Part shown: positions 50,874 through 64,000 of the stretch, one piece after another
How positions within the stretch are numbered: the first letter of the stretch is position 1
Layout of the letters: each line of letters opens with the position of its first letter
Assembly: GCA_964016885.1 (NCBI GenBank)
Contig: OZ024753.1
Location: 5,146,001-5,210,000 of the forward strand
Length of the DNA: 64,000 nucleotides
Reading direction: 5' to 3'
Source of the DNA: Eledone cirrhosa
Lineage: Eukaryota
Program-made: the position numbers and the translations under genes
The notes under the pieces: model-generated
What the model was told of the DNA's origin: nothing
Seen by the model: the letters and a program-made list of their open reading frames with translations, nothing else
Database searches by the model: none

Positions 50874-51356
50874 TTAACTCTTTAGCATTTAAACCGGTTG
50901 TATCCAGCCAGAATTTTTTCACCACTTTCTGTTCAAACTGGCCATAACTGGCCACTCATACAGATGTTAAGGTATTGTTCTCAAAATAGATTATATCAAA
51001 ATCTCGTAGATTTGATATTATGTGAGATAAAGTGTTTACCACAAAAATACAGTAGTATATATAGAGTAATGTAAATACTAAAGAATTAAAGCATGTCTTT
51101 TAGAATCTCCTTGGTTAGTCATGTATTGAATCTTGTTTCACCTTTAATAAAGTTGATGACACAGTTTAACACTTTTGCATTTAAACTGGCCATATCTGAC
51201 CAGAACTTTTTCACCTCTTTCTGTTCAAACCGGTTGTAACTGGCTGCTGATGTTAAGGTATTGTTCTCAAAATAAATAATATCAAAATCTCAGGTAAAGC
51301 CTTTACTCTGAAAATATGATAGTAAATATAGAGTAATGTAAATGCTAAAGGGTTAA
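50874..51356. mobile_element. Two adjacent piggyBac-like family 1 MITEs
   Basis: ttaactctttagcattt...ctaaagaattaa and ttaacacttttgcattt...gctaaagggttaa. Other copies at 41015-41113 (internally deleted) and 63241-63350 (partial). Confidence 0.82.
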
Positions 51357-51645
51357 GAAAGACACAAAACCTCAACCTTAAATTTCACTAAATATAATGT
51401 TGTTAATGTTGACTTTCAGCAAACATTCTCTATAATTCTTATTCTATTGTCCACCAAATTACTGCATAAACTTTCTCCAACCTACTTTTTTTAACCATAT
51501 AAAAATATTTTTACTTTCTTTTTTGACTTAAAATATTACATAAATTGTTACAAAAATCAAAGTTTGGAATTCTTGCGTTGCATTGAAATGGATCTAGAGT
51601 ATCAAGATTAATAATATGGGGTTACATAACTAGTATCAATTAGTC

Positions 51646-51903
51646 CAGCGGTCGCGAATCGGTGGTCCATGGACCACTGGTAGTCCGAGTAAAAAAATTT
51701 GGGCTTTGTTTACTTTAAAGATTTTTTTATGATTACATAACCATTTATAATTTTGTTATAATCAAATAGGTGCATTTTATAAAATGGAAGTTCTCTGATT
51801 ATTATTTTACAAATGTATTTTCAAAAAATTCATATTAGTGGTCTGTGAGATTTAAAATTATGAATTTAGCGGGCCATGAGGTCCGAAATGTTGGCGACCA
51901 CTG
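51646..51903. mobile_element. hAT-type MITE
   Basis: CAGCGGTCGCGAA ... TTGGCGACCACTG; 8-bp flanks aattagtc / ggttagtc. Confidence 0.82.
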
Positions 51904-52744
51904 GGTTAGTCACTATATCGATTTATCATGATCAATCAATCTTCTGAAACAATCATAAAACAATGAATTGATTAAGCACTAAGTTTCACCTTTTGTTTTC
52001 AGTTTTCAATACATCATCATCATCATTTAACATCCATCTTCCACACTAGCATGGGTAGGATACATATTAATATCATTAACTAAAGTTTTCACCAGATTTA
52101 AATCTTTATCTTCTCAAATACATCATTACATTTGAAGCAGCCTGGAATGGTTTGCCGGAACAATTCCAAGTAAATCTTTCTGAAATTTAACAAAAGGTTG
52201 ATAAAAAAAAATTGAAGGTCGATAAAAAAAATACCAGTACCAGTCTAGTACTGGGGTCAATTCTTTCTCTATATCTCTCTCTCGCTTTCTATTCTTCTCT
52301 GGAAGAAATCTGCTCCAGCAGGTTTTAAAATGTCCTAGAAATGCTGTATGTCAATAGAGTGCCCCTTTGACTCCCTCGGGAGTTACAGGATCATACATGC
52401 ATGCATAATATATATGACTGATCATTTATTGTATTCTCTTAATCTATCTCAGCATAGATTCCTATGTACCTTTTAAAACATTTATCTACAAGTAACACCA
52501 CCTTTTTAATATCACTAAACATCAGTGTGCCTCCTACATAATTGGGCAACAAATTTAACTGAATTCTCTTTTATCTGCTACTAATATCTCTTACACTCTA
52601 CTAGCTGACCTATTCTATTACAACACCCCTCACTAAAAATATCATCTCTGCTTCTACATCAGTGTGTTTACTTCAAATATGTTTGACATGTTTCTCGAAT
52701 GTTTGTTTAACATTTTTTTTCCTCTCAAAACCTGCCTGTTTCAG

Positions 52745-52801
52745 TACATAGATATCTGTACTGGAAATATAGATGGTTTGCAAAATCTGTCGAAAAAAAA
52801 G
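52745..52801 (+). other. Candidate small exon
   Basis: Pyrimidine tract plus ttcAG acceptor; aag/GTgcat donor; 57 nt, open in phase 0 (YIDICTGNIDGLQNLSKKK). Confidence 0.2.
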
Positions 52802-53029
52802 GTGCATGTGTCAGTGCATATATCAGGAATCTGAATGTAATTCACTCCCTAAAAGAATGTACTTGTACATCAATGCATGCAACAAGGAACCCAGATGTCT
52901 TGTAGATCTTTCTCCCACTATTCACCACCACCAACATCACCCCCTTCTTTTTTTTATATTTTCAAAATCTTACTTCACTCTAATCATATCAGGTTATTCT
53001 ACCACAACATACTTCTGTTCTCTACTAAT

Positions 53030-53310
53030 GTATATTTCATATATAACATCCCACCCACATATTTCATATATAACATCCCTCCCACATATTTCATATATAA
53101 CATCCCTCCCACATATTTTATATATAACATCCCACCTGCATATTTCATATATATAACATCCTATCCACATATTTCATATATATAACATCCCACCCACATA
53201 TTTCATATATAACATCCCTCCCACATATTTTATATATAACATCCCACCTGCATATTTCATATATATAACATCCTATCCACATATTTCATATATAACATCC
53301 CACCTGCACA
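53030..53310. repeat. 27-29-bp minisatellite x10
   Basis: Unit atatttcatatataacatcccacccac. Confidence 0.92.
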
Positions 53311-53724
53311 TGTATTTATTCATCATGGGTGCTAAGTCACATATATAAGCTACTTCATCTGTGACAACTGTCCATTCTCTCCATTAGAATATATTATCAT
53401 TACTATTATTATTAAAGGCAGTGGATTGGCAGTGATCGGTAGAGTGTTGGACACCATGCTTTGCGGTATAGAGTTTCGTCCCTTTATATTCTGAGTTCAA
53501 ATCCTGTCAAGGTTAGCTTTGCCTTTCATCCTTACAGGATCAATAAAATAAAGCACCAGTAATGCACTGGGATAATTTCTGGCCTTGTGCCAAAAGTAGA
53601 AATAATTATTTAGAGAATATGTCAGCACTGACTTAACTCTTAATTTTTCATGCAGATGACACCCCTGGATTAATTAATTTCTAAACAATTCTATTTTCTA
53701 TTTTCCTGCAGTAACAAGCTATAC

Positions 53725-53764
53725 TTTACTGATGAGGTGTAAATAATACTGAAACATGTTTGAA
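53725..53764 (+). ncRNA. Minimal type I hammerhead motif
   Basis: ttta-CTGATGA-ggtgt aaata atact-GAAA-CATG-TT-tgaa. Palindromic CATG loop, GUU triplet, AATAAA right after. Confidence 0.65.
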
Positions 53765-54659
53765 AATAAAATGCAAATACTGTTAGTCATTGGTTAAAAC
53801 TGTTTTTACATCACTGCAAAATTATTTCTAGTTAGTTTTTTTAATGTTCCCTACATTAAATATGTTAACAGAAACTGGTCTTATGTTATCAGAAGTTTAT
53901 TAACTTAAGAAGCTCGTACTGTAAGCTCACAAATTACTCACCAATAAGATAAGATAGTATGATTTATGTTTTAACATCCAGAAAAAGAACATAATACTTA
54001 ACTTTTGTTAGCTAAATGTTCAATTGGATGTGTTTAACACCTTCACTTAGGGATGGGATACAAACTCACTGTTATCGTTCTCACACTTTAAATAGGGATG
54101 GAAACTTCTCTCTTTATCAAACTATATGATTTTTACTGTTAGTTTAGTTTGTTAATAGCTGTTTTATGTGGCACCACCAGGAATGTTTCACCTATACACT
54201 AGGAAATAAGGGCTCGACTATAACTTATATAATTAAAACAATCCTCAGACATTACATAAAACTACTGCTAAACTGTAGTAGTAGCAGTAGCAGCAGCAGC
54301 AGCAGTAGTAGTAGTTTGCTACACTCAAAATATTTTATCCACTGCATCAAGTTGATTTCTTTAACTTTAGGTCACTAAGCTTAATTTACTACTACTACTA
54401 CTACTATAACAACAACAAATCATTAGTTGAGGAAATAGACTTGTCTTTTATATATTAAATTTCATTAGAAAATTTTATAATTTCTGCTTTTGATATTTAC
54501 TACATCCCTTTCCCAGTTAAAGATAAAATATTTCCAGTCAACAAATAACTAACAATACCATTTTATTATAGTTTTTCATTTACTTGAAATTTATTTGATT
54601 ATTATTTTGTAAAGAAAACTGCTTAAATAAATGATTAATTGGAAGAATGTTCTTTGCTG

Positions 54660-54985
54660 TTCTTTTCTTCGGCCACTTATTCCTGAGTGGGTCGTGGGGG
54701 CAGAGTCCTCAAACACTCCTTCCAGCAGGTCCTGTCAGAAGCAACCATCTCCAACTGATCTGGCTGGATCCCCAAGTGTGACCAGCCTAGTTCATGAATG
54801 TTATCCAACCGTCTTGCTCGGGGTCTACCCCTGGGTTTCCTTACCTGTTGGTTTCGCCCATAAAATCTGTCCAGCAATTCTTTCCTGAGACATTGTAACC
54901 ACATGCCCATAGTATCGGAACTGTGATCTCTCAATTTGGAGTAGTGGCTCTACATGGAGTGACATTCTGAGCTATGCACTTTGCT
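54660..54985 (-). mobile_element. LINE 3' remnant (RTE-like C-terminus)
   Basis: ORF ...RKPRGRPRARRLDNI..LGW...A.DR..WK...PPRPTQE*. Confidence 0.75.
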
Positions 54986-55616
54986 GTTCCCCCTTCAGAA
55001 TTTCAATTTGATTAGTAGCATATTGTAGATTTTATAGCTTCAGTATTCCTAAGTTATCCATTTTCTCACTCTCTCTATCCTTCTCTGGAAGAAATTTGCT
55101 GTACTCATACCTGGAGAGCATTGGGCTCCGCCAGGTGTAATAATGCCCTAATAAGGCTGTATGTTAATATAGTGCCCCTACAACTCATTCAGGAGTTATG
55201 GAACCATGCATGCATTCTTAAGTTAAAGTCAAATTAACTTTTTCATTACTGTTGTTTTCAAATATTTTACAAGATAATCAAAAATCTGGAGGAATTTATT
55301 GATATGACTAACTTTTCCATTAGTTTTCTGGTGTTTGAAACACAACTTAAGAAGAGTTTTTGCATAAAGTTATAGTGGAAAGTATTTAGATAAATACAAA
55401 CACTTTAGAATAAACAGCTTTTTATCACAGAACCAAAGACAGCTTCAGGCAGTCTCATATCAAAAGGGTTAAAGTTGATTCTATTCCATCTTTCTGTAGT
55501 TGATAAAAGTACTTGAAATATAATATACTGGGATAAGCAGCTATAGTCATGAAACAGCACTAAGTGAAAATAGGATCACATCTATGGGCTGGGGATAGTT
55601 GAAGAATATCTTATCA

Positions 55617-55648
<32 letters not shown>

Positions 55649-55783
55649 GTAAGTCAATAATTTGAATTAGCTGCACTTTCCCAGTAAGCAATAATATAAA
55701 ATTAATCATTAGCTGTAATATATATATGGTGTTGATACCATCAACACCATAAACACAGAGCTGGCATATCTAAGAACTGACTA

Positions 55784-55839
55784 ACTGCCTGATGAGGTCA
55801 TAACCATTCAATGGTTATCATCGAAATATATATAGCAGT
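55784..55839 (+). ncRNA. Minimal type I hammerhead ribozyme, intact
   Basis: actgc-CTGATGA-ggtcataaccat tca atggttatcatc-GAAA-TATATA-TA-gcagt. Perfect stem I, ~12-bp stem II, AUA triplet, AATAAA 1-2 nt downstream. Confidence 0.85.
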
Positions 55840-56758
55840 AAATAAAGGATTATGAGTTCATGCAATTGACTTATGTTTCGTCACTATATATATATTTATA
55901 TATACACACAGGCATAACTAGGGAAAATAGTGCCTATGGCAAGCAGTGAAATTGTGCTCCTGCCCAACACTGTATTTTTACCTATGGGCCTAATAATATA
56001 TATAAATGATTTAATAATCCAGCCACCATAGTGCTTCTCACCTATGATAATCAGAGACAGATCATACATCTGAAAGAGTTTTTTTTCACTCTCCAACAAG
56101 GCTTATTTGATTTTAATAGAACATGCTCCTAGTCCAAGTGGTACACATGGCACGTGCCATGCTTGCCATACCCTAGTTACACCTCTGTATATATACATAT
56201 GTATATATGTTCGTATTTATCGTTGTTGTGACTATTCACTAAAGCCACATACACAAGTTCCTTTGTCATCACCTTTGAGAGGTGCAATTGGACAAGGTTG
56301 GCTTTTATCACTTCGTCCTAAGTCTTCTTGGGTCTCCCCACCCCAAGTCTTTCAAAATATGGTAATGAAAGGTTTAAATCATATAAGTTTTGAATAGTAG
56401 GATTTGTGTAGTTGCTAATATTGCATCTATTTTAGCAATTCAGCTGTTGTTTTTTCTTCTTTTTGATGGTTTATACAGAACGGTTGTTGATATTTGTATG
56501 TGTTAGTTTATCATCTTAAATGAATCTCTGGTTATCAGAAACAGAATCATTGATTAATTCATTAGAACTAAATGTAAAAATAACCAACATTATTGTTATC
56601 TAGTTGATAATAATTAATTTAAATGTAAGTTTGTGGCACCAGCAAATTTACTTAGAACTGAAAATGTTTGATTCTATATCACTAAACAATAATAAAGTTA
56701 ATTGACATTTTATTAGGAAGAATTACCTTCAAATGAAGTCTCTCTCTCTTTCTCTCTC

Positions 56759-56827
<69 letters not shown>

Positions 56828-57004
56828 TGGCATGGGTTAGACAGGGCTTTTTGCAGCTGTATTTTACAGTCTGGTGCCTTTCCTAACACCAACTTTTTTA
56901 GTCACTTCTTAACTTCTTCACAGGAGTATTGTGTGCCTATTTTAAACTGGATACACATGGTCATATATGTATGTGTATATGTATATATATATATATATAA
57001 ATAT

Positions 57005-57345
57005 ATCATCATCATCATTTTACGTCCACTTTTCCCTGCTTGCAAGGGTGGGGCGGGAACTGATTCTGGCCTGATTTCTACAGCTGGATGCTCTTCCTAA
57101 CACCAACCTCATTTACAGTGAGTGCTGGGTGCTTTTTTTCCGTGGCACCTCCACGACCACTTTGCAGTGGAATGATAGGGACTGGGACCTCAGTCCCTAT
57201 CATCTCATTTCTACAGCTGAGTAAACTGGAGCAATGTGAAATAAAGTGTCTTGCTCAAGGAAACAACACATCATCCGGTCTGAGAATTGAACTCACAACC
57301 TTTCAATTGCAAGGCCAATGCTCTAACCACTAAGCCATGTGCCTC
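57005..57345 (-). mobile_element. Family 1 SINE
   Basis: Homologous to 8841-9140. Confidence 0.88.
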
Positions 57346-59411
57346 CATATATATCATCATCATCATCATCATCACCACCATTTTATGTCCATTTTCCCTG
57401 GTTTCTGTGGCGTTAAGTAACTGAGAATACAAGTCTCCCCCCTGGATGGGTTAGATGAGTTGTCTTGTTGTGGGCAATGCTAGGTCAGGTCATGTACATA
57501 CAGAACTGATTTTGGCTTGATATCTACAGTTGAATGCCCTTCTTAACGCCAACCTCATTTACAGTGAGTACTGGGTGCTTTTTGTTGTGATGCCTACACG
57601 ACCACTTTACAGTGTGGACTTGGTGTTTTTTGTCATGGCACCTACATGACCACTTTACAGTGGTCCCTGCATTCTCTGCTTTGATGCTTTGAGAAACTAA
57701 TATTTATCTTTTGACATGTATCATATATGTATAACAAGAAATTTTATGGGATATTTCTTATCCGGTTGGATAAGAAATATCCAAATCTGTGGTACCAAAG
57801 CCACAGAACTTTGCTGAGGAAACTCTGGCTATGTTTAGTTGGTAACATCTGGCCTCCTTCACTAGTTCCTGCTCCTTATCTGTAAGTGTTGTAACATTCC
57901 AGTTGCTGATAAAAAATATTGATTCGTAATCTAAACACAAAGCCAGCAAATTTGGAGTAAGGGTGAAGTTGATTGAATCAACCCTAGTACGTGACTGGTA
58001 CTTTATTTTATCAACCCTGGAAAGATGAAAGGTAAAGTTGACCTCAATCTGATTTGAACTGAATGTAAAGAACCAGAACAAGTACCACAATGACATTTCC
58101 TTCAATGCGCCACTGATTCTGCCATACCACAACATTTATATCTTTCAGATCATACTTAGATACAATTTTTGGTGCAATCCTTTTTCAGTGTATAATGTGC
58201 AGACATAAAAAAGAGATTAGTTGAAAAACTCACCTAATTAATTGGTAATGAGCCTATGATAGAATTGTAAATGGTTTTTAAAATACAAGTAATGAGAAAC
58301 CACATAATAGTTATTATTAGAAAGAAAAGCAGTAGAAACAACGTACTTTTAGAAAGTTAATGGGAATGACACTGCATAATTGAGACATGTCAACAAGAAG
58401 CTGAATAAAAAAAATATAGAGTTAGTTAAATATAAAAGTAGCTTATTTATATATTTATTTAGAGTTATAGACCAGAGTTTTTTGTGTGTGTGTTTTAGTT
58501 GAACAATAATAGAATATTACACTGATTCACAACAATATATATATATATATAATGATAATGATAATAATAATATATAAGGGAACAAAGAATCAGTTTTATA
58601 TATATATATATATATATATATAAATATATATTTATATCGTCTGGGAGTTTTTTTCATGGCGCAACCACTACCACTTTACAGGGGGGACTGGGTGTCTTTT
58701 GCTGTGGCACCAGTATGTGGTGGATAGAGTGTTTTTGTTATGGTACCAGTGCTGTCACTTTACAAGGTCGAACTGGATGTTTTTTTATTGTGGCACCAGC
58801 ACAAAAATATGAATATAAAATGAAACCAAACAAAGAGATGTAAAACAACTTAATCAATCAATCAATTGGTCAGAACTTATTTATAAATACTAATAAGGTC
58901 AACATAATCTACATTGGTTTTTCTATAATGGTTAGATACACCATGTCATATTTGAGAGAGGAGAACTTCTAAATATACAGCCCAACAGTCTGTGTGTGAG
59001 GAGAACTTCGAGACACTCACCATGACAGTCAGTATATCTGTGTGATATAGCACCATATTATATGTATGAGAGAGGGACCTTCCAAACATACAGCCCAAGA
59101 ATCTGTGTGAGAGTGAAACTTCCAAACATACACCCCAACAGTCTGTGTGAGAGGGGAACTTCCAGCTCTCACCAACATGTGTGTCTGTGTGTTATATAGC
59201 ATCATATTATATGTGTAAGAGGAGAACTTCTAAATATACATATATATATATGTTGGTGGTGGTGGAGGTGATGTTGGTGGTAGTTGTGGGTGGTAGTGTT
59301 GATGACAGTACCAGTAGTGGTTATGGTGGTGTTAGTGGTGGTGATTGCTCAATGTGGTTTCATTCTGAACAATTGATGTAAACATCATTCAGTTTTTTTC
59401 TCTCCCTGTAG

Positions 59412-59448
59412 TTTCATAATATTCCATGAAGCTACCCTGCTCTTAAAG
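59412..59448 (+). other. Candidate 37-nt exon
   Basis: Strong ttttttctctccctgtAG acceptor and aag/GTAAca donor; only one frame is open (FIIFHEATLLLK). Confidence 0.25.
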
Positions 59449-61129
59449 GTAACATGTTAACTTAGGGCCCCTCCCATCACCCCTTCACCTTTTTTATTTC
59501 TTTATTCCTCCACATTAGTTTTTCACCATCCACTTTACACTTCTGAAGTTTTCAGTTCCAAACAGGAACATTTATCTTCTAACGTACAATGAAAGGAGGA
59601 ACATTTATCTTCTAACATACAATGAAAGTAGAGGAAAAAAGGGGGAAAACAGAAATAGATAAATCAGAAAACAGTTTAATTTCAAGAATAATTTGTAAGT
59701 TATTTTCTTTTAAAGACTTTCTAATGTTTCTGGATTGTCTTTAGTTTAAGGTATTATATTTATATTTATTTTTATACACATTTTATTTTCTTCTATAGTA
59801 ATATATCATATAGCTTGAGTCCTTTTTTTTTCAATTTTTTTTTAGTAGATGTATTGTAAGAAACACTCTTTGACTGAAATTAAATATTTTGACATTGCTA
59901 TCTTGAAGTTCTGCTATAATTTTAGTTTTTGTAAGTGGCAGTAGAGGAGGTGGAGCATTTTTAAATGTATTTTATTGTAAGTGGATTGTTGTTGTAACTA
60001 ATAGATATTTTTGTTGTAAATTTATTTTCGTGTTGAACAAGGTGTAGCAGATGGAATTGTATTCAGTGACAACATTGTAAGCTGAATTTCAAGTATTGAG
60101 TGCTTTCACCTTGTCTTGTGCCCTCAATTCCTCATAGAGTCATAGGGACACCATCATAGTATACAGCATGGATTTAGACAGTGGGTGGGCAGGATCCATT
60201 TCTCTCCATGTCTGGCTACAGCTGATTTCAAAAGTAAGAAAGAGAGAGTTGATCTCCGTACTGACTGGAACTTTATGCCTGACCACAGCTGGTTTCTGCC
60301 ACAGAGAGAGGGGTAAGAGATAGTTAGAGAGAGGAAGAGAGAGAGAATCTCAGTACTAGACTCGAACTTTATTGATCCCCAAAAGATGAAAGGCAAAGTT
60401 GTTCTCAGCAGGATTTTGGTCGAGAGATCTAGAACAAATAGCACAAAACATTCTCTCAGATGTTTTAACAACACAGCCAATAAAATGTTCACCTTATTGA
60501 TTATTCAATATTGAACAGATGAAAATATTATATAGTATCTGATTAAATGGACGTATTTTCAGCATTTAGTTTTGTTTCTTTAAATTTTAGGTTCAACCCC
60601 CCACCCCTTTATTTTTGATTTAGCAATAGATTGGATTTAAAACCTATTAAAAACACTGTAAAAACTGCTGTGTAACAACACATCTGAGTTATAAAAACAC
60701 ATCTGGTAGAGAATTGTTTCCAAATATCATTTTACATATGTTTTGCCTTTTTTCCCTAATCTCCTAAACCCATCACAACATAAGTTTTTCCAAATGTTTT
60801 ATAAACCATCTGTTTATTACTGGACCTTTTTCTCTTTTTTATTTTTTTAAATTATCTGCTTTCTACAGTTTTGTAATTCAAATCAGTTTTTGTCATTGTA
60901 TACAAGCACAGCATAGATATATTGAATCATGGTCCTTTGAGGAGGGTAAGTGGAACCCCAGCAGCACAAAAAATAAGAACTATTAAATGGGCAGATGAAC
61001 TCTTCAGAGTCAATGGCCATGCACCCCAACTATGGGTTAAATAGCCTCACCAACCTGCAATTGGCAAAGCATGGTGAGTACAGCGACAACCCTGAAGACG
61101 TGACCAAAACCAAACAAAAAGTGGTAGAG

Positions 61130-61570
61130 CTCAACTAGGGAGGGGTTCCTTCAACAGGAGTGAGAAGGCCCTGGATTGGATTAGATTTGAATAAATAGAC
61201 ATAGTTATGATAATTCGAAAAATTTTATTTATGGAATATATCATGTAAATACAGTTTGATAGAAAAAGAAAAAAGAAATTTAGATTGAGAAGAATGGAAT
61301 GTAAAATAGGAGAATGTAAAGAAAAAAGAGAAAAAGTAAAATCGGAAAAGGGAGGGAATGGCAAGGATTCTAGTGTCACAGAAGAACGGGGAAGGGAGGA
61401 TGATTGGGCTCTGGGCCTAGGGCGCGGCGGTAAAGGGGCTTTACCCCATGGACAAGACTGCAAAAGTATTCCTGTGGACAATGGCTAGCGACACCCAGTG
61501 CAACAGCCACCCCACCTCGCGTGGCTCCTTCTTCAATAGGCTGCCGCTGTTCCAATATTGCAGTAGGGCT
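61130..61570 (-). mobile_element. GC-richer interspersed repeat, possibly a LINE 3' UTR
   Basis: Abrupt GC and CpG increase with a T-rich tail on the minus strand. Family assignment is a guess. Confidence 0.35.
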
Positions 61571-62771
61571 CAACTTAACTGATAAACTCAATAAGTAAAT
61601 ACAGTAACATAATCTATATTTATGAAGGAGATGTCCATTGTTACCATATATATATATGTAGTTTACTAAGACAATAACAGGACCTTTAAATTGTCACTTG
61701 ATCTTCTAGGAACTAGAAACAACAATACTTAAAAAATGAAAGATACATTGAATAGTGATAGACATCATTGTTTTTACATCAACTTTTTGATACTGGCATG
61801 GGTTGGACAGGATGTTTTAAGACAATGATTTACAGTCAGATGCGGATCCTGCTATGATTCAGTGTTACAGTGTACCTTTTCTATACACAGCACTATGTAT
61901 ATAAAAAAATAAAAATAGGATGCCCTTGATTATAAGTTTGCTCAACCAGGGTTTATATGGTGCTAAACAAAACACATCCTACATTTTATGTAGGTATTCT
62001 TTATTAACGGTATGGTAAACTGTTGGATATTTAGAGTTACTTTACTAACTACAAACTAAAGTTAGTCGTGGATGGGTTTGGTTATATAACAGTAGAAGTT
62101 AGTAGAACTTGAAGAAAACAGTTCACTCCTTTAACATTCAAATATAGTAGAGACATTCCTTAGCTGAATGTAGTGTTGCTGAAACTTGAGAGGTCCTCTA
62201 TAATGTTCAGATCCTCTTCCTCCTCACCATCATCATCACCGTCATCACCATCATCATCATCATTGTAATCCTCATCATCATTGTAATCCTCATCATCATT
62301 GTCATTATCATTGTCGTCGTCATCATTGCTTGCATGGGCTGGATGGGTTGTTACATTATGAGCCTAGCCAGGTCAGGGGACCACGTCTTATTCATATCGA
62401 TTTGTTTTTGGTTAGGTTTTCTATGGCTGGGTGACTTTCCTAACACCAACCACATTACAGTATGTACTTGGAGCTTTTTTCATAGCCCCACCATTACCAC
62501 TTTTCAAGGTAGACTGGGTGCTTTTTTTATGGTACCAATGGACCAGGTGCTTTTTGTTGTGGCACCAGTATGACCACTTTACAGAGTGAACCAGGTGCTT
62601 TTTGTTATAACATCAGCACGACCACCTTACAGGGTGAACCAGATTCTTTTTGTTAAGATGACCACCTCATTGATTTAAATTCAAAGTGCACACAAATTTG
62701 ATGTCTTGTAATCTTCAAGAAACTCTTTTTTTTTCTACCTCCTCTACCACATGATGATCACACCATTTAAA

Positions 62772-62965
62772 TACTTCTCATAGAAGCAGTGTAGAAGTTA
62801 GGTTGGTACTCCCCACAGAAGCAGTGTAGAAGTTAGGTTAATACTCCTCATAGAAGCAGTGTAGAAGTTAGGTTAATACTCCTCATAGAAGCAGTGTAGA
62901 AGTTAGGTTAGTACTCCTCATAGAAGCAGTGTAGAAGTTAGTTTGATACTCCCCACATAAGCAGT
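62772..62965. repeat. 35-bp minisatellite x5.5
   Basis: Unit tactcctcatagaagcagtgtagaagttaggttaa. Confidence 0.92.
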
Positions 62966-63520
62966 CACAAAATGTCAGACTTGACCTAGTTAAAGTAAAT
63001 TAAATTGTAATGAAGTGGAAGTCAATGTTGAACAGTAAAAGTCAAAGACAGGAAGTGACACAATGTGTACAAAATATAAATCAATATAAATTGAATATTT
63101 GACAGATTAAAGTGTTATTATCAATGTTTGTATTCACTAGCAGTATAGTTACTAGCAGTAAGTCTTTTTTAGTCTTTTTTTAGCTGAGTCAAAATAAGAA
63201 GACCTTATTGGAGCAGCAGTAGACAAAATGTAATATTTGATTAACCCTTTTGCATTTAGACCAGCTGTATCCAGCCAGAATTCTCTCAGCTCCTTATGTT
63301 CAAACTGGCAGCAATTGGCAGCTAATACTTATGTTAAGGTATTGTTCTCAGTCACTTAACGCCACAGAAACCAGGGTAAGTACTGGCCTGGTGAGCCTTC
63401 GGGCTTGAGACAAACTTTTAGACTTATTTGAATTGACAGTTTCTTCTTCCAATGTTTGCAGCCTTTTACACGCTAGAAATTCTTATTTATTTCATTAAAT
63501 TTCTAAGTCATACTCTAGAC

Positions 63521-63847
63521 CAATGATTCCCATCATGGGGCGCACACCCGACAAGGGGGCAATTTAAATATTTAAGGAGGCCATTTGAAAATGATGTTAA
63601 TGAGAACAAACCTCAGGTCTTACTTTATTACTTTTACACCAAGGCAACTTTGGTATACATTACTGTCAGAAACTCCTGCCTCACCTCCTTCATATGTTAT
63701 TGTACATCTGGCACCACCTATATGCCAATTTGTTTACACTTTGCAATTGATTATTGCTGTTTTCACATAAATGGGTGAAGTGGGGGGCAATAATAATTTT
63801 TGAAATGTTGAGGTGGGACATGGTACACAAAAGGTTGGGAACCTCTG
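63521..63847. mobile_element. hAT-type MITE
   Basis: CAATGATTCCCA ... TTGGGAACCTCTG; 8-bp flanks ctctagac / ctctaggc. Confidence 0.78.
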
Positions 63848-64000
63848 CTCTAGGCTGTAAATTCCAACACATCTGGATATATAGATCTGTTATACTAGTT
63901 TATTTTAGCTACATTAATCAACATAGTAATTTCAGTTATTATTATGCCCTTGACTTATTTTATATTATTTCTATTTCAATACTGATTGCTTTCCTCATTG

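Noticed and set aside
44444-52801. MTE + Y... as the start of Ras (MTEYKLVVVG)
   Set aside because: The similarity stops after four residues, and no G-box exon was seen in the window.
62772-62965. 35-bp and other 28-42-bp repeats as a CRISPR array
   Set aside because: The units are contiguous with no unique spacers, there are no cas genes, and the context is eukaryotic.

Overview
AT-rich, microsatellite-dense eukaryotic DNA with no long host ORF. The repeat mix (RTE LINEs with (ATG)n tails, two tRNA-derived SINE families, TTAA MITEs, very long TA/CA/GGT arrays) suggests a coleoid cephalopod, probably an octopus; that assignment is inference. Nearly all ORFs in the supplied track are microsatellite or antisense artefacts. 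The real coding remnants are RTE reverse transcriptases (25.9-27.5 kb, 37.7-39.1 kb, 5.3-5.8 kb) and an R4/Dong-type restriction-like endonuclease (21.6-22.0 kb). The main non-obvious signal is about 13 type I hammerhead ribozyme motifs (CUGANGA...GAAA with a palindromic stem/loop III) from several unrelated sequence families. Six lie in the first 2 kb, most sit in (TA)n arrays, and several sit in or between inverted repeats, as expected for Penelope-like or retrozyme-like remnants. Also present: a SINE and a LINE sharing their 3' end, three near-identical young RTE-tail copies, reciprocal SINE/MITE nesting, hAT MITEs with 8-bp target-site duplications, and a probable CpG-retaining promoter at 43-44.5 kb with low-confidence exons. 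All structures were read by eye, so coordinates may be off by a few nucleotides.
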